From Diadema antillarum (taxonomy: Eukaryota), in contig NW_027271547.1 of assembly GCF_040938485.1 (NCBI RefSeq), positions 62,001 to 126,000 of the forward strand: DNA of 64,000 bases, in the 5' to 3' direction. The notes under the pieces are model-generated. The model was not told the DNA's origin. It worked only from the letters and a program-made list of their open reading frames with translations, and did no database searches. Within the stretch, counting starts at the first letter, position 1. Each line of letters begins with the position of its first letter. The position numbers and the translations under genes were made by a program. This document shows, in pieces, positions 10,832 through 24,198 of this stretch.

Positions 10832-13800
10832 TTATGGCATCTTCACGTGGAGGCTGTGCCTTGTGACGACATCAAGAAGATAGTCATAACATTCGGGAAC
10901 GCCTGGCTTGTAATCGAAGTTGCAGATGCAGTTGGTGTCCTTGTTACAGCAGGGTACGATGGACTTGGTCTTATCCTGGATGTCCAAGAGAGAAGTACCC
11001 TTGACCAGGACAGCCTCGTGAGCTTCGATAGCAGCTTTGACCTGTTCAAGCACGTCTTCGTAGCCGCATGTGCCGAGTGGGTAGGCTTCATCGGGGTCTC
11101 TCTCGATGTCGAACAGAAGGGGTGGGTCGTGCAAGGTTACGCAGTCACCTTCACACTCGTTGCAGAGGAAGTAATCGTCGATGGGGAAGCCGCCATCGCA
11201 TCTCTTCCCATACTCTGGCTGTGGCAGGACAGCCTGGGTGCGGAAGTGGGCCTTGTATTTTCCGACGCGAACGGCCATCAGGTTGTCCTTGCAATAGTAG
11301 AAGAAGTTGTCGTGGGGGGATGTGGCGCCGTTCAGGATGACGTCCTTGATGTTCTTGCCATCGTAGACACGGTCAGTAGGGAGAGAGGAGCCTGCCAAGT
11401 CGGCTGCCGTGACGATGATGTCCATGGAGGTGACCAGCTCGTGGGAGACGCCGGGTGTTACAATACTGGGCCAGTAGACGATGTAAGGAATACGATGACC
11501 ACCCTCCCACGAGAGTGACTTCCCACCTGTGACGAATGATGTGTTTGAAAATAAATAAATAAATACAGATCAATGCAAATAGATAAAACTCACATCTGTA
11601 TAAGGTAATCGTAGTCCGTTTTTAACTTACTATCAGAGTGTGAAATATTTATATATCTTTGGTAGGCTAATAACTTTATTACTATTATTTTATCATTTTA
11701 GATATAAGGCAGAAGCAAACTCATATAGCCCAATTTGCAGGAAAAAATATTTAAGTTCCTTGTTTGCTCTTATTACCAACTATAGCATTAATGTGTTGAT
11801 TCAACAAAGTGTAATTTCAGTATTGCTATAGAATATTCATTGCATGAGATAACTGGTTTCTTCTTTGAATAATTGACATAAATGCAATGCTTGCGAAGAT
11901 AGGAAGAGAAGATGGTACTCGGGGACCTAGCACGCTTCTTTAACCTCATTTCAATTTACTTTTAGACTGTTTTGCACATACCTTGGAAAATGCTGGCGCT
12001 GCCGCCCTCCTCGCAGTACTCACGATGAGGACCGTGATCGGAGATGAAGAAGACAATGGTGTTGTCTTCGATTTTGTTGTCAATCAGGGTCTGCACGATG
12101 GTCTCGACACCATTGTGCAACTCGTTCAGGTTATCTCCATAGCGACCTGAGAGGAAGGATCAAGAAACCATAAATTGAAAAATGTTATTGCATGGTGTGA
12201 TTTGAGACTTTAAGTCCATTACTTTTTCTCTCTTTCTTTTGACATTTTAGAATTCAAATAGAGTGGTAAAGGGCATTAAAATATCCTATATTAGTATAAG
12301 CACTTTGAGTTATATCTTTGGCTCAGTATTTGTGCACCCGAGGACGGTCTGCCTACGGAATTCGTGCATCCCGTGTGAGTTTGTATAGTCCAATGCAAAT
12401 TCCGATGTACAATCGTGTTGTTGTTGTTTATTATGCAATTTTGATTGCAAGATTGTTTCAGGCAGCACGTGATATGAGCGAATAGCTGCCAGAGAAATAG
12501 GAATACCCATGATGTTCTTTTCTTTTTTGTTGTCAATGCAATCTGATATCCTTCGGACTAGTCATTAATAATCACGAGTACCGCCTTTGAGGCTTACCAC
12601 GGCGAGATGAACAGGTGAAATTATCCGATGAGAAGAGACTGGTGTGCATGTGAGCGAAGGCCATGTAGAGGAAAAACGGGTTGTGGACGTTGTCCTCGAT
12701 AAAGCCGACAGCATCCTGGGTGAATAGCTGGGTGAGTCCACGGTGCTCGAACGGCTGAGCTACTATGGTTGCGTTGTAGTAGAGGTAACAGACGTCGGTA
12801 CGGGGGAAGTCCATATGGAGCTAAATCGGAAGGTAGATAGTATTTGGTCAGCCTCGTTCAGTGTCTGCCCAAACTGCACGGTAACTCAATGTAAATGCAA
12901 CTGGTTTCTTTCAATGAAATTGTGAACAAAAAATACTTTTTATCTTAAACCTTTTTATGTCTACAGTTGACAAGCTTTTTGAGATTTCTTCCTGTTTTTG
13001 TACATATTATGATGATATAACTATTTCTAGCAAATCTTTCATCGATAGTGCATTGTGTATATGTTGACAAAATGTGAATTCATGGAGAAAATTATTAATG
13101 AACTTAAGGAATTACAAACATGCTAAACAGCATCAAATGTTTTGTGGAAAAAGTTTTACTTTTTTTTCCTAGAGTGTTTTTTTTTCTTCTGGCGATAAGA
13201 ACGTATAAGTCCCTAAAGACTAGCATGTCAGCGACATGTACATCAGAAAAGGCATAATTACCCCAGTGTCGTCACATGCCCAGCTGTTGCCGAAGGGAAG
13301 ATTGTGGCCGACAAAATCGAAGCCGTGGTTGTATGGGAGATGAGCTCCGTCTGTTGAAGTGTTTTCGTTGATTCCTGGCAGAATATAAGAAAGAGACAGA
13401 CAGGGTGAGAGATTCGTTTGTTTCACAATCACAGGCAGTTCATGAAGTGTTCTTGCAAGGTCAGCGAAATTCGTTGTTTCATTCACTTTATTTTCTGTTG
13501 GAAACCTTTGACTAGTTTCTTGTCTTTGCATGTATGTTTGCAAAGCAATTCAGCTCAATTTTGTCTAAGTCAAGTCGTAAATAATGTTTAGCTTCGCTAA
13601 ACACGATGCTATGCTTTGGTTTGATGATTGGATGAATGGTGATTTATATATTTGTCAAGACACGTAATCGTTTTGTATAACATGGATGAAGACAAATCTG
13701 TAATGTAATTGAATCTGATCGATCACTAAGATCAGAAGCTAAAAAAGAGCTAGGTTACTGCGAAACTTTGATATGGACACAATTTTCGTGTAGCCACAAC

Positions 13801-14124
13801 CCGTTTGTCGACCCATTGGAATCACATCTCTAATAACAGTAATAGCTTTTGATTTTCCAAATTAGCAATTACATTAACAAATTTATTTGAGGCAAATGTT
13901 TTCAAAACGCGGTGACTGGATTTGACCACATGATGCTGCTTCGGTGAACTCACCGAGATGCCATTTGCCGATCATGCCGGTGGTGTAGCCGCTTGGCTTG
14001 ACGGCCTCGGCTATGGTGACTTCGCTCTTCGGCAAACCAGTCTTGGTCCATGGGAGGAAGACACGGGTGTTACCGTATACACCAGTCCTGATCGGGAGAC
14101 GACCTGTTGTTAAGAAGAGGGGGT

Positions 14125-14171
<47 letters not shown>

Positions 14172-16912
14172 GACACAGAGTTTTCATCAGTCTAGATATG
14201 GTTATTGAACCTCACCATCTTATCTTGCTGAATGCAATGTTCCCTGGCATTGAAGTCAGCTGCATTAATGAACACATTTTACAGCATCGGTTTAGGTTTT
14301 TCCACGGTTTTGTTCAACCGATGTACGCTTATCTTCAATACAATTCGCTTACTTATCATTCATAAAAAGTAGCATTACCAATAACTGAGCTAAGCCAGGC
14401 AGCTATCTTTATTTTCTAGAAATAAAGACTTTTTAGGTAAAATCTTTTGTTTGATGAAAACCCTCACATCGGGTAAAATTCAAACACGGGATTTCTTAAT
14501 CCAGGTGAAATGTATTTTCTACTGTTTTAAATCCACCAAATTTGAAACAAATAAAATATTTGCATTCTCTTCCTATGTGATATAGAGGACGAAAGGCAAA
14601 GATAAGAAAAAACCTGAAATAAACTTTAGGAAGGAAAGACGTCAGCAGTCCAAATTGTTTGACAAAATTATATCTTGAATGAGAAATGGGTAAGTCTCCA
14701 GGAATCACATATTTAGCATATGACTGTGAAAAATACTCAGAGAAGAAATAAAGGGGCTAAAACCACCGCAAGCACAGACCAGCAAGCTAATGATTTGTTG
14801 TTTATCAGTGTCGTACATTGCAGGAAGGACACAAGACAAATGAGATACAACGGAAACTTAAAAATGTAGGTCTACTTGAAAACTTTCGATTTTGCTTACA
14901 CCGAACTGCTCTACTTGAACAATACAGGAATGAAATTGCACACACGCACACACACACACACACACACGCACACACACACAACTAAACACATCGCGAATTG
15001 ATATTTTTCCGTACCAAAAATAAAGAACAAAACAAATGTAAATTTACTCGGGTGATTTCAACAGGACGGCGATTTTCGACAAAAAAGAAAGACAAGACAA
15101 AAAGAATGTCATTTCACGAGTGAAGATTTTCGATTACTCGTTAAAAACGTTGGACTTTTTCAAAAACATCTACTGTCTGTAACGAAGATTTGCAAATATT
15201 TTCTACCTGTACAAATGTCCAGAGAGATTTCATGCTGGCGATCGCCAAACATGTCAACAAAATCATGAAAAGAACTCCACGTTTTCTTTAAATGCCAAAG
15301 AAATCTATTGTCTGGTGATAATATACGTCATGGATTTGTAACGACTCCTCTTTCTTTGTTTTGAGTTTCGAAGACTAAGGGTTTATTTTAAATGAATTTA
15401 CAAATAGATTTTAAAGGCTTTATCTCGCTGTCAGTTTCATCTGTACATCGGATAAACACTATTGGAAATGAGATGAGGGCGGTTGAGTGCGAAAAAATGA
15501 CACAAATTATAATTAAAAACAGTTCTGTCTGCAGGATAAAGAGAGACATGCATGCTATTATTGTGATAATATACCGAGAACAATGCCATAAGACTTAAGT
15601 AAGAGTCCATTAAAAATGAAGGAAGAAAGAAAGCTATAGAAATAGCTAGAAGAAAGATTCCATGTGCTACCAGAATATCATCAGTGTGACTATATAGGGA
15701 GACAAAATTGATAAACCTCAGAATAAGACAATTCCTCTTTGAGGGATCTTAGTAGAACAAGAGAAAGGGAGGAGAAAGCATAGGAACACAATTTTTGATT
15801 CTGCGGTTAGAGGGAAAAGTCCATTGCCTTACTGTTTTCCCCAAAATCATTGTAAAAAATAACTGAAATTCTTGTGAATTGTTATCCGAAAATGGCTATT
15901 TCTTCACTTAATTGTGAACAGCATACGGTAAGCTGTGGTACAATTGTGATGATAAAAAAGAATCCTCAGTTTAAATGCATTTAAAATAGTGTATTCATGA
16001 ATAAATCTCTGCATGCGCCACATCAAACTTCACAGGGATGTAAGATTTCGTATTCCATTCTTTCCCTGATTGAGTTCTACTGAAGAAACAGTGGCCCTAC
16101 TTTTTAGGCTTCCATGAAAATATCGTATACGCTCGGCAAAATATTGTGGTAAGTTTACTCAATAAAGATATCTGGGACATGTATTTTTTTTTCCGTGATG
16201 ATTTATCAAGTCTTGAAAGGTAGAATATAAATCACGTTTTTGCTTGCCAAGATATTAAAATGATAGTTATAAAATTCAGATGACGATAGTCATTCTTTTT
16301 CACATATTTTATTATATTCAAACGAAAAATGGTAAATCATGATACCGTCAATCTGTATATCGCTACATATTGAAGGATAACAAGATTTTAGACAAGTTAT
16401 ATTACAATACAGACCAGAATTTTTAACACTATTCGAAATCTGATGAAGAAGGGTTGAGTAGTTCAAAATCTATTACAATTACGAATACATCGCAAATATA
16501 TTTAATCCAGTCTTCCTTAGCAACAAATCTAAATCAGTATCTTCTGCTTACCTGTCATGATAGCCGACCTGCTGGGCGTGCAGACGGAGTCGCCAACGTA
16601 TCCGTTGGTGAACCTCAGACCCGCTCCGGCCAGCACGTCGATGAAGCCGGGCTCCTGTGTGGGATGACCATACGACGTCAGGTCTCCGACGCCCATGTCG
16701 TCGGCAATCAGGAGGACGATGTTGGGCTTGTCCATGGGGTCCCGATTTGCGCCCGACGTCGAAGACCCCGTGAGAATTTCCAGCCAGTCTGGATACTCAC
16801 CACCGACTTCATCATGAATAGCGTCGAGAACGCTCTGCGGAAGGCCGCCAAAGGGCTGGGCATTGACAAGCCCAACGAGCAGCGTCAAACCAAAGCAGAC
16901 GAAAGACTTCAT
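10832..16912 (-). CDS. Ars: Arylsulfatase copy B, six exons, 568 aa, intact
   Basis: Exons: 16912-16552, 14103-13954, 13374-13262, 12820-12598, 12146-11982, 11526-10832 (1707 nt). GT-AG introns, open frame, signal peptide, CTPSR, GKWHLG, SDHG and WEGGHRIP motifs. Confidence 0.95.
14125..14170. repeat. G46 homopolymer at the 3' end of intron 1, copy B
   Basis: Read directly; poly(C) on the transcribed strand. Confidence 0.9.
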
Positions 16913-16972
16913 CCTGAGTTCCTTTCACCAGGAGCAAGACGAAAGATGCCCTACCAAAATATTTTCTGCAGA

Positions 16973-16979
16973 TTATATA
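16973..16979 (-). promoter_or_regulatory. TATA box of copy B
   Basis: Same motif and spacing as in copy A. Confidence 0.65.
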
Positions 16980-17853
16980 GGGTTCCTTTCAATGACGTTT
17001 TCAATAAACCAATGCCTGTTCTGTTGTTATTTAAATGCTATTCCAGACACTCAAGGATATCAAGGGTTATTTGGTGTTTTTTTTTTCCTCGACAAAATAA
17101 TCATGGAACCTCTTCAATATTTTTGGAAGCTAGCACTGAGGCGTAACAAACAAATGAACTTTGTGAAATACCCCCATTGTTTGGTTGAAAACAGATAACC
17201 GTATTCAAATCCGTAAAGAGATGATGCAAAACCTCTACAAAGGCATGAAACGTTTTATACTGAATGTGTTACCCTTTTTTCGGCTCTCTCCGATCCTTTT
17301 GGGTGCATCAGCTTAAACATCGAGTCCATCGAGGGTTTTTGTGTATCTTATACTTTGGCTAAATCAGGAGGGGGAATTATGAGGTTTTTTGCCCCTAAGA
17401 GCTGAAAGAGCTAAATTATAGAAAGTAAGAATAAAAAAGGCGCGAAATACTTTCCTGCTTCATGGAGGCAAGCAATTGTAAGCGGCCTTGGGTATGCTGC
17501 GAAAGAACTTATCTTCTCGCATACAGCCAGGCCTCGAGGCAGTGCTATTTAAAGGCAAATTGTGTCTTTTTTTCTTGCAAACAGTTCATCAGATGTATGA
17601 TAATGGAACAAGATGACACGCTCACCAAAGGTGAGCCAACAGAGTTTGAACTACAACGAGATTGACCACTGTCTACTGACAATCCCCTGAAATCTTGCTC
17701 AGAAACCTTTCAATCATTTTCAGCAGATCAAAGCCCCAGTGGTTAAATGATGAAAATAGAAAATGATATTGACCTAAAGAAACAAACAGTCCAAGGACTA
17801 CAGAGAGGTCATACATATACATATACAACAATTCGACAGTTTTATATTGTCCT

Positions 17854-17905
<52 letters not shown>

Positions 17906-19938
17906 ACTACATATATATATGTATATCGAATTGCCTACTGTTGTTGTCTTCTCATCCAGAGATGGTGGCACGAAAACTTTAACAATTCATATCTTTTGAC
18001 GCAATTATCTGATTTCCCACACATCACTATTGTACGCACATTTTTGCATTTATTTAGCCCACATAATATAAGCCTAAATGAAGATCAATGTGGGCTTTAT
18101 TCCCTTTAATCCTTTCCATCCTCCCCCATGCACACTTTTGATTTTTTTTTTGCTTCCCTTGATCTTTATTTCATTCTAACCATCATTATATTAAATCATC
18201 ATGATGTAACATGAAATAAGACAGTGTTAAAATATATACCATGTATACTGCAATGAACTAACTCTTCAACATCGATAACAGTATATCAGTCATAAATCAA
18301 TCACGCTGGTTAATAATAAGAAGAAAAAGATTAAGGTAAACAATCAAATTCCCCTTGAATACGTTGGATCATACAAATCATATTCCACTTAGATGAAAAT
18401 ATCCATGTATAAATACCTTGGATAAATCAAGAATAATCGTTCATGTAAGCCAACCAATCCCCCACCAACCAACCAAAACAAAACTTCACGTTTCATTATT
18501 CTAAATAATCAATCATACTAAATAATTCATATCTATCCTCCACTTCAAATGAAATCCCAGTTCCATCAATCCACCGCGATTTTCCCTAAACCCAAAGCGC
18601 AGATTTACTCCCCAACCCTCTCACCCACGCTGATACCGCCTTCATTCGAAGCCCTTCCATGCCAATTTACTTACCTACATTAACACATTTAAAATTACAT
18701 TAAAAAAAAACACAAATAGGCCGTATACACTAAAAGTAGAAAACACCCACAAGTACCGCTCCAAGCCCAAGCCCAAGTCTGTCAAGCAAGATACAATGCT
18801 GGTAGATTGTGGGTCCCTCTTTAAAAAAAGAAAAAGGAAAAGAAAAAGGTCAATCAAAAATGGATTGAAAAAACAGCGACAATAAAGTTTGGCACCCCAC
18901 TATTAAAGAGACACACAGACAAACAGATACAAGCACAAACAACAAACGAACAAACATGAAGGAGACTCAGTCGGCAAGAAGATTGCTCTTAGGGGAGAGA
19001 CTGACCTGACAACACGATAGGAAACAGCTAACATAACAAAGAGATAACAAAATAGACAGGAATGTATAAGAAACATAATGTTCCTCGGAGGTTGATTGAC
19101 AAAAAACAAAACAAAACAAAAGAAGCAAGAACAAATCGTCACATCCAGAATCGATTGCATACGTTTTGGAAACAAAACCTTCCACAGCGAACCCGGTAGC
19201 TTTAATAAAGAAACTCTTATCATGTTTAACCTCAGCTGATCAGGCTATGGTATAGCAATAGTAAAGTTGACAAAATAAATCTGTTCACTTATCCGATTCT
19301 GGGGATTCGTCATAAGATTATAAAAAAGCGTAAATCTCCTTTTTAACAAGTATGTAGAAAGAGCAGACTTTACGTCATGATTCAGTGAATTCCAGTAATT
19401 TGGACCAGTTTAGCTAAAATCGTTCGAAGAAGTGGTTATTGAAAATTATTGGAGCGTCGAGTGGAGCACTGATTTTTGAGGAATATAAGATTGAAAAAAG
19501 AATAAGCGAGAATAAACTGTTCTTTTACATGTACACGAATTGACCTTGTAGTAAAATGACAACAATTCATTGATTTTAAATACTTTAATAGAGACGAAAA
19601 ATTCATTTGTATGAAAACGTGTGTAAGAATAGCATATTTATGATACGGAGAGCTTTCTTTTGCCCAAATAGAACTCTGTTCAGAAGCGTTTAATGAGCAT
19701 TGCCAGAAGCTCAAATTTCATAATTAATAAATCTAAGGCAATATCAAAGAGGGGGATAACGCAATTAACATTTTTTGATAAATATGAAATTTTAACATGT
19801 TCATATATAACGTTTTACGGGAAATGATTTTGCAAATATGATCAATTTGTTTTCTTTATACAATCATATCCCACAATGTGTATGAATGTGTTGGAACAAT
19901 TCGCATGATTATGACATATTGCCATTTTTTATATATAT

Positions 19939-19982
<44 letters not shown>

Positions 19983-22028
19983 GTACAGTTTGTATGGAAA
20001 CGGAATGCAGAAAGAAAATTAACTGACTGGATACGTATTTTCCAAGAGAGTTTATCATCTACAATCAGACAATAATACCAAGAAATTTGAAATATGATGC
20101 ACTTTTCAAAGTAAAATCGTAACTATTTTTGATCTAAAAATGAATAATTTACTTTTTGTTTTGTTTAAAATTCAGTGATAATTGATTAACTCTGACCAAG
20201 CTAGTCACTTTTCCCAATTCAAAAATCATTGATATAAATAATGAATGATATAGGGACGGCCCTGAAAGACTTCCCTGGGGAATCCCTCATTTAACTTCCC
20301 TGATAAATGAATTACTATTTTTTAATGTAACAAATTGTCTTCTTTTAGCTAAATAAGTCTTGAACCACTCCAAGGCGTTCCCATTGTATTTCAAGGTGCG
20401 GTAACGTGTAGAGTAAAAAGTATTATTAATTGTGTCGACTAGGCCTTCGAGAACATAGAAAAGTCTAAAGAAATACTAATTGAATGAGAACTGTGGTCAG
20501 TTGCATTAAAATGAAGAACTGCATGAATAGTAATGAATATGCTTTTGTCAAAAAACTTATTTTATCAGCATAGAAATTATGCGTATAATTCCCTCAAATT
20601 TCCGACTTCTATATATATACAGCTGCAACCCCTATTTTCAAAATTCTAACTATGTTTTTCATTATCTAATTCTGAAAATATGTTGCCGCTCTTATACAAC
20701 CTTCCCTGATATTTGCTTCACTAAAAAAATATTTTTCTTGTGCGAAATTGTACAAAAATCAAATATTTTCCTTTACACAAATAATCCTTGTTACTGAATA
20801 AGATTTGATAGATCTTCCCTGCTTGAAAATTCATGTGATTCTCAATTTTTTTCTGAATAAAGCAACAGTGTTGAAAGCTTTAATAATCTGCAATCATATT
20901 TAGACAAACTTACACCATTTCTCGAACGCTTCACCCGACCCTTCATATATTAGGACCTATCACCTACGAAAGATCGTGTAACGAGACCACCCAACGTGAA
21001 CGCGATCATCACCCGATGGAACAAAGTAAGCCCAGCCTTTCTGAAACCCAGGGTTTATCGGTGGAAAAAGAAGCGCAAAAGTAGAAACAGTGTAGATTTT
21101 GTCATTCCAAGCAGTATAGACTTTCCCCAATTTTTCGTATGCTTTCATTCTCATTAAATTCCCTCTGCCTAAAAGATGGACAATATTGAAAGAAGTGAAA
21201 ATAAATCCTTTGAATTGCATTGGATTTTGTATACTACATTGCACCATTGAATAGTCTATCCTATAATTTTCGTGATTTATGTGAAATGATATTAGTTCTA
21301 CCACATATCTGCTATCGCCTTCTCTGGAAAGTCAAAATTACTGTATCCAGGGCGTATTTCTAGAGTGCAAAAAGGCTGTAAGATGCAACAAAATAGTTAA
21401 AAATCTTCAGAAGTATCATCGTAATTATCTAAACAATTCATCAACTTCAGGTCATGTGTAAAAATGTAGTGTACAATGATATACCCTGATCCTCTCTTTT
21501 ATTTCGTACTTCATAATGTTGTTTAATATCCCTTCATATATCTCCACAAATATATATGTAATATCACCTCAAAGACATGTCACGAAAATGGGCAATTGAC
21601 GTTATACATTTTGGTTTATATAAAATCTTGCCTGCCATTGTATATGATATATTCTTCACTTACATGACTCTTCATTGACAGAAATAGACTTTGCACGCAA
21701 ACAATTCACACACAAGCTATTAAAGTCACACGCATGTGAAAACCACGGTATTCAAATTCCTCAGAAAGTAGGAATCTTTAAGCATTTCGATTTCTACTTT
21801 GGTCTGTTCTCCAATCATCCCTTGGTGTGAGCTAGACAGAGCAAAATGATGGTAAATCAACAGAACTTATAATTTTGTATAATGCATGTCATTATCTCCT
21901 TGCAATCTCCATTTTTGGTGTCGCCATTCTTTATAGACTATACTTTTTGGTTTTGCTGTATATCATTTGTTTTTCTTTCGTCGAACTATATCCTCTTCTG
22001 AGAATATTCTCGAGTTTCTGTTTGATTC

Positions 22029-22074
<46 letters not shown>

Positions 22075-22174
22075 TGTGTGTGTGTGTGTACGTGTGTGGA
22101 ACACGTACACACACACTATAGCTTCTGACCACACGAGCAAAGAGAGTTAAGGGTTTGGGACGAACACCGATCTA

Positions 22175-22251
22175 GGGCTTTCAATAGCTCAGTCGGTAGA
22201 GCACCGGTCTAGTAATCCGGAGGTCTCGGGTTCGAATCCCGATGAAAACCC
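22175..22251 (+). tRNA. tRNA-Thr(AGT)-like sequence, probably a SINE head or pseudo-tRNA
   Basis: D arm GCTC-AGTCGGTA-GAGC; anticodon arm CCGGT-CTAGTAA-TCCGG (AGT at 22211-22213); T arm TCGGG-TTCGAAT-CCCGA. The acceptor stem needs a bulge and a mismatch. Lies in a ~250-bp unit between two (TA)n tracts. Confidence 0.55.
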
Positions 22252-22320
22252 ATTTTCTTTGCTCAAAGTTTTCACTATATATTCATTATTTGTTTCTGGT
22301 CAGTTTTCCCTTTCTTGTTT

Positions 22321-22377
<57 letters not shown>

Positions 22378-22626
22378 CGAATTCTTAGAAATCTTAGAAT
22401 GAAGACCAATTTAATACTCACGGACACACATTCACCAAACCCGTATACCAACACTCACACTCACTCCTGTCTGCCTCCCCCTTTCTCTCACTGGCTCTCT
22501 TTCTCTCTTCGAATTTATACTGATGGGGAAATGGGATTTTAATATATGACATATGATAAGTAGCAGGGAACCGTTTTTTCTGTCATTCAAGTTCTGTTCA
22601 CCTAAATTGTGCCTTCGAAATATTTT

Positions 22627-22799
22627 NNNNNNNNNNNNNNNNNNNNNNNNNNNNNNNNNNNNNNNNNNNNNNNNNNNNNNNNNNNNNNNNNNNNNNNNNN
22701 NNNNNNNNNNNNNNNNNNNNNNNNNNNNNNNNNNNNNNNNNNNNNNNNNNNNNNNNNNNNNNNNNNNNNNNNNNNNNNNNNNNNNNNNNNNNNNNNNNN
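22627..22799. other. Assembly gap (173 N)
   Basis: Run of n. Confidence 1.
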
Positions 22800-23399
22800 A
22801 TACTGTATATATATTTATGTATATATATATATATTATATACATTATATATATATATACATAATGTACATATACATATCTTTCTATATACATACATGTATA
22901 TCATTATCATCAGTTATGAGCTCTTCAAGGCAGTATCTACTAAAGAAGATGCTCGCATTTGAAATAAATCAGTGTTTGGGCAGGAAGGTATATCTTTCTC
23001 TCAGACAATTACTCTGTGATGATTTTCTGACATGGATGCATGGTGTTTACTCGTTCGTTTGTTTTCATATTTCCTTTTAGCATGATCCAATATGTTGCAT
23101 TAAAGTCTATGCTCAGGAAAGGGTCAGTCATTGACTGATGTGTTTTGGTTTTCTAAAAAGAAGTCCTTTTTGCATGTCTAATTTTCATTTTCTTTTCGTT
23201 GAATAAACCGTCATTAATTGTCACATTCGCAGAATATTTGTCAGAGTTACAGTGCCAATATAACAATAATCTTGACCATACCAAAGTATGTCATATACAA
23301 CTCATGTTTTATTCTGAAACAGACAAAATTCTGTCACAATTAGAATTCACACTTTAGTGACTTTTTTGTCATATAGGCGTTATTCACTTCCTTTACTAA

Positions 23400-23663
23400 G
23401 TGTTATTAATTATCTGGTCTCAACTTCTCATCCCCTGTATGGTTGTTATTCACAAAACACTAATTATTCGGGACTTTACACAGACAAACAAGTTTGCTTT
23501 TATGAAGGTTCAGCCACACTTCCTTTTGTACAACCCAAATTGTAATTTTGCTTGTTATCATTGAAATTACCATGTGCATTCTATATAATTTCTTCCACTT
23601 GATAGATTTGATGCAACATCACATGAGAAGAATGAAATAAACTGAAACTGAAACTGAATAAAG
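23400..23663 (+). mobile_element. Probable LINE 3' end with (GAAACT)n tail
   Basis: GAAATAAACTGAAACTGAAACTG tail after a T-rich tract. Confidence 0.35.
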
Positions 23664-24198
23664 ATAGCAAAGTTAAACATTAGAAAATACTCTGAAACAT
23701 AGAAACATGCACCATATGTAGCATGCACACTTGCGTATTCACTGCATGAAGCATTCTTTTATGTGACACAAACACATATCTAAAACTGTTCGTGGACGCA
23801 GATATAATGCACAAACCTTTTCCATCTCTCTTTTTTTCTTTTTTTTTTCTCTAGTTTCTTTGACATTCTACTCATAGCACATCGTATCACGAGCAAGAGG
23901 ACAATGTGACCAACACGGTATTGATTGTGAACATAGCCTGTTGATTCATTTTCCTTTGCTCTTCCTAAACATTTCTCATTTTGCTGAGTTTGTAAAATAC
24001 ATGTTCTGCATGTTGCGCTCTGTCACCATTTTCATTCATCCTTCCACCTTGTTTTTGTATTTCGGAAAACACGTACTCTGTAGTAGAAATGAAAACAAAT
24101 CAATTTATAAGAAAAAAACAATCATTTCAATGATTTGGAAGGATTTTGGTCATTCAGGGAAAAAATGAAACGGCACGTCATTTTGTGTTTCGTCTCAT

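Noticed and set aside
18250-21300. Decayed Tx1/L1-like or transposase coding sequence, including ORF 20960-21304
   Set aside because: All frames I translated have many stops and no diagnostic motif; needs a translated search, so not called.
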